From the NCBI GenBank assembly GCA_009103225.1, contig RHPI01001178.1, forward strand, positions 1-8,634: a stretch of DNA of 8,634 nucleotides, given 5' to 3'. Shown in pieces: positions 1 to 7,464 of this stretch. The stretch is from Chlorokybus atmophyticus. Its lineage: Eukaryota > Plantae > Mesostigma and Chlorokybus algae. The notes under the pieces were generated by a model. That model did no database searches and was not told the DNA's origin. It saw only the letters and a program-made list of their open reading frames with translations. Within the stretch, counting starts at the first letter, position 1, and the number at the start of each line of letters is the position of its first letter. Made by a program: the position numbers and the translations under genes.

Positions 1-868
1 GAGTTCGGCACATACACGCTTGCGGATGTCTTCAAGGTGGCCGAGACGGCAGAAATTCAGCATGAGTACCTCAAGAACATTGACCAGCAGCGTTGGGGGT
101 TGAAGTTGCTTGAGATTTTGGAGGAGAAGAGCTCTTCCAAGTCCGCGGCGAGATCGGCGGCAAGCAAGGCAGCTGGTGGGAAGCCGAAGGAGTTCAAGCA
201 CGCCAACAACGCGGTTGTGAAAGGTGTGTCGGGTGCCAAATGCTGGTCGTGTGACGAGCAAGGCCATATTGCAAGGGATTGTGGGAAAGGCAAGAAGGTG
301 GTGTGCTCTCATTGCAAGAAGGGCGGGCATGTTGATGCCAAGTGTTGGAGTAAGCATCCGGAGCTGCGTCCACAACAAGGAGGGGCAGTCGGAGCTCACT
401 CGAGTGTGAGAGCGGAGCCATCAATGTCGGAGGTGACAAAGGCATTGGCGGCAATGCAATCGGAGTATGCATCGTTGAAGAGCATGCTCGAGCGAGGGAA
501 ATGGCCCGAGAGAGGAGCGGAGGATAAGCCAAGCAGCTCCGGAGGTTACCTCGCGTATAGTGCGCTCTCCGGAGGCACTAAGGTGGCAGCGGTTGCGACG
601 ACGAGAGCGTCGGCACGCCGAAACGCTGCACCAGCTCCCCCGACTAGGATGGTTGAGGAGGAGGCCGCGCCCGTCCGCGAGGAGGGTGTGGATCATGATA
701 GGATGCGGGCACCAGCTGCACGCATGCCTATGTCATTTAAGTTGCTGCCAACAACCCCGTTGGAGCAAGAGAGTTCGCGCTCGGAGGGTGCGAAAGTGCA
801 GCCGACTGCTACGGCAACGGCGCGACATGATGTCGGCATCGGTGGCGGTGGTGAGCACAAGAGAGTGG
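1..868 (+). CDS. gag: Gag C-terminal part (end of capsid, nucleocapsid, downstream spacer), first copy; open at the 5' window edge and interrupted by the N gap
   Basis: Frame 1 is open from base 1 (EFGTYTLADVFKVAETAEIQHEYL...), so the GTG at 37 is not the real start. It contains two zinc knuckles and has no stop before the gap at 869. Confidence 0.85.
141..868 (+). repeat. Duplicated segment, copy A (copy B at 1180-1918)
   Basis: Manual alignment of 141-868 with 1180-1918 gives about 27 substitutions in 728 nt (about 96% identity) plus an 11-nt insertion in copy B. Confidence 0.95.
241..345 (+). other. Two tandem CCHC zinc knuckles (nucleocapsid), copy 1
   Basis: CWSCDEQGHIARDC (241-282) and CSHCKKGGHVDAKC (304-345) both match CX2CX4HX4C. 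Confidence 0.95.
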
Positions 869-1179
869 NNNNNNNNNNNNNNNNNNNNNNNNNNNNNNNN
901 NNNNNNNNNNNNNNNNNNNNNNNNNNNNNNNNNNNNNNNNNNNNNNNNNNNNNNNNNNNNNNNNNNNNNNNNNNNNNNNNNNNNNNNNNNNNNNNNNNNN
1001 NNNNNNNNNNNNNNNNNNNNNNNNNNNNNNNNNNNNNNNNNNNNNNNNNNNNNNNNNNNNNNNNNNNNNNNNNNNNNNNNNNNNNNNNNNNNNNNNNNNN
1101 NNNNNNNNNNNNNNNNNNNNNNNNNNNNNNNNNNNNNNNNNNNNNNNNNNNNNNNNNNNNNNNNNNNNNNNNNNNNNNN
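869..1179. other. Assembly gap (311 N)
   Basis: Run of N from 869 to 1179. Confidence 0.99.
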
Positions 1180-1918
1180 GCCCGCGGCGACATCGGCGGC
1201 AAGCAAGGCAACTGGTGGGAAGCCGAAGGAGTTCAAGCACGCCAACAACGCGGTTGTGGAAGGTGTGTCGGGTGCCAAATGCTGGTCGTGTGGCGAGCAA
1301 GGCCATATTGCAAGGGATTGTGGCAAAGGCAAAAAGGTGGTGTGCTCTCATTGCAAGAAGGGTGGGCATGTCGATGCCAAGTGTTGGAGTAAGCATCCGG
1401 AGCTGCGTCCACAACAAGGAGGGGCAGTCGGAGCTCACTCGAGTGTGAGAGCGGAGCCATCAATGTCGGAGGTGACAAAGGCATTGGCGGCAATGCAATC
1501 GGAGTATGCATCGTTGAAGAGCATGCTCGAACGAGGGAAATGGCCCGAGAGAGGACTCCGCTCGGAGCGGAGGATAAGCCAAGCAGCTCCGGAGGCTACC
1601 TCGCGTATAGTGCGCTTCACGAAGGCACTAAGGTGGCAGCGGTTGCGACGACGAGAGCGTCGGCACGCCAAAACGCTGCACCAGCTCCCCCGACTAGGAT
1701 GGTTGAGGAGGAGGCCGCGCCCGTCCGCGAGGAGGGCGTGGATCATGATAGGATACGAGCACCAGCTGCACGCATGCCTATTTCATTCAAGTTGCTGCCA
1801 ACAACCCCGTTGGAGCAAGAGAGTTCGCGCTCGGAGGGTGCGAAAATGCAGCCGACCACTACGGCAACGGCGCAACATGATGTCGGCGTCAGTGGCGGTG
1901 GTGAGCACAAGAGAGTGG
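1180..1918 (+). repeat. Duplicated segment, copy B (copy A at 141-868)
   Basis: Offset from copy A is 1039 nt before the 11-nt insertion at 1556-1566 and 1050 nt after it. Confidence 0.95.
1280..1384 (+). other. Two tandem CCHC zinc knuckles, copy 2
   Basis: CWSCGEQGHIARDC and CSHCKKGGHVDAKC. Confidence 0.95.
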
Positions 1919-2414
1919 AGGAGCTGCTACAAATGTGTGTAAAGCTTCTTGAGGGTGCCAAGATGCTTTCCCAACAGCCCGCAACTCAAGCCAATGAAGA
2001 AAACTTGGGGTTGACGGCGCCGTTGGAGAGCGTTGCGGCGGAGCTGGTCGGGCAGCCGCTTGTTCGCTTGAAGGACCTTGGAGTCAGCAAGGAACACGTG
2101 GTGGAGCTGTTGCAAAGTGCTCTAGACACCAAAGACTCGCCTCGACAAAGTCTCATGATCATGTGAGCAAGTCTCATGAAGATATGGTGGCGCAAACAGG
2201 CCATATGGCTGCGCGCACGGAGCTGGCGGCGTCGGAGGGGTCGGCGTCGGCGTCGAGTTCTCTCACTCAGCTTGGAGACAAGCTAGAGGAAGGTGTGGGG
2301 AGTGTAGGAGGGATGTTGGCACAGCTTCCCGCCACTCGGCCGGCCTTGAGGCAAAAGATATCGCCAAATGTGGCGATGGTGGACAACCGAGGGGGGCACA
2401 TCAGCCTAAATGGC

Positions 2415-2720
2415 TTCGTGCCGGATGTTGTCTTGGTGGATACAGGTGCCCAACCTGTCATTTTGGGTGCTAGAGCTGTCAAAGGGATGGGCCTCAGCCC
2501 CAAGGAGTGGGAGCCATGCCCGGTCATGATCAATACCTCGGCGGGAACCGTAGAGGCCGTGTGTGGCATAACGGTGCAGCCAGTGGACATATGCTTGACT
2601 GCGTTGGGAGGTGCTACCACGACCTTCAAGCTTCGATGCCTCATCACGGATGCAAAGGGGTATGATGTGCTGCTCGAACAAGACTTCTTGTTCCCCGTCG
2701 GCGGCGGCGTTGACAATTGG
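2415..2720 (+). other. Retropepsin-type aspartic protease domain
   Basis: Active-site VVLVDTGAQ (DTG at 2439-2447). The C-terminal YDVLLEQDFL corresponds to the usual D-h-h-L-G-x-D-F-L motif, with E in place of G at 2676-2678. Domain limits are approximate. Confidence 0.9.
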
Positions 2721-3170
2721 ATTGAGCAAGGGTTCTTTCGGCCGCATTGGCGTGTGGGAGGAGGTGAGAAGGCCTACTTTCCGTTGAGCATCACGCAAGG
2801 GGGTGTTGAGAGGTCTCCAACATCCGCATCTGCTGTTTGGGCGTGCTTGAGTCGCTGTTCAGTCAAGGGATGGCTTGGTGACAGCACCGACATGTACTAT
2901 GACCATGTGGAGGAGGGGGAGAGTGTCTCCACGCACATAGAGGAGGGGAGACCTCCGGAGCTGGTCTATATGGCTCAAACTCAGTCGCAAGAGCTGGAAA
3001 TGGCTGCACAACACCGTGCTCAGCGGCAACAAGAGGCTCGAGACAAGGTTAGCCAAGCATGGATGAAGGATGTGATGGCATTGGAGCCGCCGTTGCTGCC
3101 CGAGGGTGTGAGAGCTGTTCATCCGCCTATCAACTACAACACCATCGAGTGGAAGGTGCCCGAAAATGGT

Positions 3171-4112
3171 GTCGTGATGGTGGAGCTGTTTGGTGGCATT
3201 GCAAGTGGGCTTGCGGCCGCGTTGAATGCCGGCATCAAGGTGCGGCGCTACGTCTATGTGGACCCTTCGCCAATGGCACAACATCATGTGAGGATTTTGT
3301 TGAAGAAGTATCCAGATCTGCTACATGAGGGTGCGGTGAAGGGCTTTCAAAGCACATGGCCGCAAGACATTTGCTTGGTGGGGCCACATCATCTCGCGGC
3401 AATCGGCCATGTGGATTTGCTTGTAGCGGGGTGGGAATGCCAAGGGCATTCACGGGCTGGTCATGGCAAGGGATTGATGGATACGCGCTCGTCATTGTTT
3501 TGGGAGTTGGTGCGCGTCATCAACATGATTCAGCAAGGCCAAGAGCAGCCCATGGCGTACATCATTGAGAACGTACCAGCTGAAGACGACAAGCGCAAGC
3601 GCGTGCGAGAGGACTATCAGCTGGTGAGACATGTGCTAGGTCATGAGCTGGTCATGGATGCCGCACGGCATGGTTCGCGCGCGCATCGGCTGCGTGTGAA
3701 GTGGACAAACCTCGCGCCGGTTGAGTTGCTTCGCACGGTGCAGCAAGAGTACTCTAGACCGCAAGGTTTGACAATCAACCAAGTGTTGGAGCATGGGCGC
3801 ACGGCACAACAGGTCAGCAAGGCTGATCGGCCGCCTCAGGAGGTGGTGAACCAGGTTGGACACGACATGGCGGCGTTGCCGACATTGGTAACATACCCAT
3901 GCTCTTATGCATTCCGCAAGGGAGGGCCAGGGCTGATGTGGGACTCACGAAACAGCAGGTTGGAAGAGCCAACAGCTGGTGAGCGCGAGCGTGCGATGGT
4001 GTTCTTGTCCGGTGCAACAGCGGCGCCATGACAAAGTGAATAACAGCGCCGAGTGCTGCTAGGACAAGCCATGGACCAGAATAGCATGGTGTGGCTTATG
4101 GTTGTCTGCTTG
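3171..4112 (+). other. C5-cytosine DNA methyltransferase catalytic domain, DNMT3-like, in frame within Pol; interrupted by two stops before motif X
   Basis: Motif I VELFGGIASG (FGGIASG 3189-3209). Motif IV VDLLVAGWECQGHSRAG (Cys 3438-3440). Motif V region DTRSSLFWELVRVI. Motif VI YIIENV (ENV 3567-3575). Motif VIII MDAARHGSRAHRLRVKWTNL (3654-3713). Motif IX ERERAMVF. Motif X QRRVLLGQAM (4044-4073). All are in the canonical order. Confidence 0.93.
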
Positions 4113-4466
4113 GCGGCACAAGAGTTGGTGGCAAACATCATGCCGATGCGACAGCAAGCGCGTCGGGAGCCTGCGTCTCTGTCGAGGGTGTGGGAGCATG
4201 ATGTACATCATGAGGAGAGTAAGGGGGTGTCTTTTTCGCCTGTGACAGCTGCAAGTGGCAAGAAAGCGGCTGTGGATGGTGCCTTGAAGCAGGAGAAGGC
4301 CACCGACCGGCCCATGGAGTGGTGTATAGGCGAGCATGTGACACCAAATGAGCGTGAGTGGCTTGAGGCATTACTGGAGCGTAAGCGTGACTGCTTCGCC
4401 TACTCTACCAAGGAGTTGGGAGTCTGCAACTTCTACACAATGGACATTGAGTTGACCTCTCCTGAG

Positions 4467-5090
4467 CCCATCTTTCGTCGGCAGTATCGGCTGAGCAAGG
4501 TGGAGAAGGAGTTTGTGGCAGAGAAGTGTGCGGACTTGTTGGAGGCCGGACTCATTGAGGAGTCAACCTCGGACTTCGCGGCGGCGACAGTGTTGCCGTT
4601 GAAGAAGGATGCACAGGGAAACTGGACCTCAAGGAGGATGTGTGGTGACTATCGGCCATTGAATGAGAAGACCAAAGCTGATCGGTACCCTATGCCTATC
4701 CCTGAGGCCATCTTTGATGACATCGGTGGTGCAAAGGTGTTCTCCATCGTGGACTTGAGGCAGGGTTTCCATCAGATAGCCATCAAGCCAGAGGACCGTG
4801 GCAAGACAGCGTTTTGGGGAGTGGATCAGCTCTACCTTTGAAAGGTCATGCCGTTAGGCTTGATGAATGCACCTGTGAAGTTCCAGCGTGTGATGGACCG
4901 TGTGCTTCGTGGTCTACCCTTTGCACGGTGCTACATCGATGACATATTGGTGTTTAGCCACACGATGGAGGAGCATCTTGTACACTTGGAGCGCGTGTTC
5001 GAGCGCGTGCGCGAGAGCGGCATGAGGTGTCACCCGGAGAAGTGCTTGTTCGGAGCTGATCACATCCCTTATCTCGGCCATGAGATAGTG
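4467..5090 (+). other. Reverse transcriptase domain (one internal stop at 4839-4841)
   Basis: PIFRRQYRLS, RMCGDYRPLN, DRYPMP, FSIVDLRQGFHQI, KTAF, LYL*KVMPLGLMNAP, catalytic YIDD at 4932-4943, and YLGH. Confidence 0.97.
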
Positions 5091-5363
5091 CCGGATGGCG
5101 TCCGTGTGCAGCAAGCAAAGGTGGATGCCTTGGTGCAAGTGCCTGCACCGACAGACATTAGCCGACTACGGGCGTTTCTCGGCTTGGCGAACTACTATCG
5201 GAGGTTCGTGGAGGGGTATAGCAAGATTGCAAAGCCCTCGAACGAGTTGTTGAAGAAGGACAAGGCCTGGTGCTGGTTGGAGGAGTGCCAACGTGCCTTT
5301 GAGCTTCTCAAGGAGAAGCTATGCACCGCGCCGGTGTTGAGACGGGCGGACTACAACCGTCCC

Positions 5364-5723
5364 TTCATCCTACACACGGATTGGAGCCGGTTGGGCATTG
5401 GGGCCGTGTTGTGTCAACATGACGACAACGGGAAGGAGTACGTGGTCGCATACGGCAGCCGAAGCAACAACAACGCTGAGGCGAACTACAGCTCCTACGA
5501 GGGGGAGTGTTTGGCAGTAGTTTGGGCCATTGTTCACTTCAGACCGTTCCTCTATGGCCGTCCCTTCACACTTATCACCGACCATCAGCCCTTGAAGTGG
5601 TTGATGACCAATGACAAGCTCACAGGGAAGCATGCCAGGTGGGCGCTCATACTACAGGAGTATGAGTTTAAGATTGAACACCGAGCTGGTGTTGACAACA
5701 TGGACGCGGATGGGCTGAGTAGG
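5364..5723 (+). other. RNase H domain (Ty3/Gypsy type)
   Basis: FILHTDWSRLGIGAVLCQ, NYSSYEGECLAVVW, FTLITDHQPLKWL, DADGLSR. Confidence 0.95.
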
Positions 5724-6139
5724 AACCCTAACCCTTAATTGTTGGATGAGAGTGAGGCGAGGCATGACTATGGCATGCCCGTGGCTGGGTTTTTGGCCTA
5801 CCGTGTGGCCTCTTTGCTGGTGTTGGCGGGTTCGGTGGAAGCATGCGCATCCACGCGCGCAAACGCAGCTGAAGAGAGCGACAATGATGGTGCGATGCCG
5901 CCTTTGGAGGCTGCACCAGCCCCAACGGTTAATGACATTGAAGGGGAGGAAGCCGAGGCTTCAAAGGACATTTGGAGGGATGAGCAAGTGCTTGCTCACC
6001 TCAAGACCGGGCTGTTCCTGGTTGCAGCACGGCGACGCGAGATCGCGTGTGGCAACGCGCGCAACGCTATCGGTGGGAGGGAGACCACCTTGTGCGCTTG
6101 ATGCCGGATGGTGGTGTGAGGACTGTGCCTCAACCACAT

Positions 6140-7060
6140 GAGAGGAAGCCACTTGTGGAGCTGCTCCATGAGAAGATGGGCCACTTTGGTGTCAAGAGGA
6201 CACTTGGGCTCGTGCAATCAGCATATTGGTGGGCTGGCATGCAGTCTACCGTGGCGGGAGTTGTTGCAAGTTGTGTGGAGTGCGACAGGGTGAAGGCAAG
6301 CTTCAATACCAAGCACCCACAGCTGCACCCTCTGCCTATCCAAGGACTATTCTATCGGTGGAGCCTAGATTTGGCCGGAGATCTACCAGTCAGCAAGAGA
6401 GGCAACCGCTATGTGCTCGTGATGATAGAGCACTTTTCAAAGTGCGTCGAGGTCGTGGCGCTGCCATCGAAGGAGAGCAAGTTTGTAGCTGAAGCTTTCC
6501 TTGACCAAGTACTGAGCAGATTCGGTGCTTGTGCTGAGGTTCTCACTGACCAAGGCACCGAGTTTCGTGGCCAGTTCGATGGCTTGTTGGCGCAAGCCTT
6601 CATCGACCATCGAAGGACTTCCGGTGACCATCCTCAAGCCGATGGGCTTCCTGAGAGAATGGTACAGGTGGTGAAGAAGGGGCTTCGCAAGTACTGTCTC
6701 AACCACAACAAGAGAGACTGGGACTTGGCGTTGCCATGGTTGGCGATGGGCTATCGCCTGACGCGGCAGGCTGCGATGAGCTCATACAGCCCCTACTTTT
6801 TGTTGTATGGGAGAGAGCCTATACTGCCAACATCAATCCGGAGACAGGTTGAGCAGGAGCTTGACTTGGAGGATCCCACTGTGTGGGAGAAGGAGATGGC
6901 GAAGCGTGCGGAGCTGTTTCGGCGTGTGATGCCAATCGCACTTGGCAACTTGCAAGTGGCGCAACACCGCGACACGTTGCGCTATGCCAGGGTGAGGAGT
7001 GGCTTCTACAAGCCAAGACTGCAGAAGTTTCAGCCAGGTGACTTTGTCTTCCTGCAGAGA
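6140..7060 (+). other. Integrase: HHCC zinc-binding domain, DDE catalytic core and GPY/F-like region
   Basis: H6167, H6182, C6272 and C6281 form the HHCC motif. Catalytic WSLD (D 6368), VLTDQG (D 6548) and DGLPE (E 6653). Also YFLLYGREP and KFQPGDFVFL. Limits are approximate. Confidence 0.95.
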
Positions 7061-7255
7061 AAGACCAAGGACACGCTGGATACGAGTGCGAGTCGCACCA
7101 TCCTTCGTGTGAAGAGGGACGACGGTGTGTTGTTGTTGGAGGGAGCTGATGCCAGGACCACCAAGGAGCACATGAAGAGCTGCGCTCCTTGCCATCTGCC
7201 AAACGTGGATGACAGTGTGGATCCGGCTCTGGCAATACCAGATGTGGGTCACCGT

Positions 7256-7390
7256 TGTGAACGGTGTGGCCGAGCAGAGGGCTGGGACACCATGCTTCTA
7301 TGCGACAGGTGTGTTGCCGGTTGGCACATGGAGTGCCTTCGTCCACCACTTGAGGAGATCCCTGATGGAGCATGGTACTGTCCGGCGTGT
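7256..7390 (+). other. PHD finger at the integrase C-terminus
   Basis: CERC...MLLCDRC..GWHMECLRPPLEEIPDGAWYCPAC gives a complete C4-H-C3 pattern with the typical CL-x-PPL-x-x-hP-x-G-x-W-x-CP-x-C second half. It is in frame with integrase and ends five codons before the stop at 7406-7408. Confidence 0.95.
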
Positions 7391-7455
7391 ACGAGGACTA
7401 CGCAATGAGCGTGTGAGTCAGCTGAAGGCGCACGAGGGCGTTGGCGCTCAGCTGC

Positions 7456-7464
7456 AGGGGGTGG
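7456..7464 (+). other. Candidate polypurine tract (plus-strand primer)
   Basis: AGGGGGTGG lies about 50 nt after the pol stop and is immediately followed by TG (TGACACG), the expected PPT/LTR arrangement. It is short and has one pyrimidine, so this rests on position. Confidence 0.55.

Larger units (their letters stand above)
1180..2166 (+). pseudogene. gag: Gag C-terminal part, second copy, frameshifted by an 11-nt insertion; ends at TGA 2164-2166
   Basis: The knuckles (1280-1384) are in frame 2. The downstream peptide GAEDKPSSSGGYLAY..., which is in frame with the knuckles in copy A, is in frame 1 here. The switch coincides with the extra CTCCGCTCGGA at 1556-1566. Confidence 0.85.
2163..7408 (+). 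pseudogene. pol: Pol polyprotein (PR-DNMT-RT-RH-IN-PHD), disrupted
   Basis: ORF-track pieces 2163-4031, 4053-4841, 4848-5738 and 5739-6101 are all in the same frame, separated only by stops at 4029, 4041, 4839 and 5736. The integrase piece 6047-7408 joins via a -1 shift near 6017 (LKTGLF / PGCSTATRDRVWQR). The true start of Pol is not established. Confidence 0.93.

Noticed and set aside
37-1942. ORF-track proteins 37-1392 (451 aa) and 560-1942 (460 aa), and the minus-strand ORFs crossing 869-1179
   Set aside because: They read through 311 Ns and splice together different frames of the two duplicated segments, so they are not real proteins.
2163-4031. Treating the 622-aa ORF as a stand-alone protease-methyltransferase gene
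   Set aside because: DNMT motif X and the RT continue in the same frame after the stops, so this is a fragment of a broken Pol.
3171-4112. Bacterial or phage restriction-modification methyltransferase, or a prokaryotic retron/DGR system
   Set aside because: The flanking domains are eukaryotic LTR-retrotransposon PR, RT-RH, DDE integrase and PHD. There is no cognate endonuclease, and the RT is of the LTR class.
5739-6101. 120-aa ORF as an independent gene
   Set aside because: It is the RH-IN linker, in frame with RNase H after one stop. Its last ~28 codons are out-of-frame sequence after the lesion near 6017.
2267-7373. Numerous minus-strand and alternate-frame ORFs of 60-184 aa overlapping pol
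   Set aside because: They have no recognisable motifs, and such ORFs are expected as shadows of a GC-rich coding strand. I saw no support for an antisense accessory gene.
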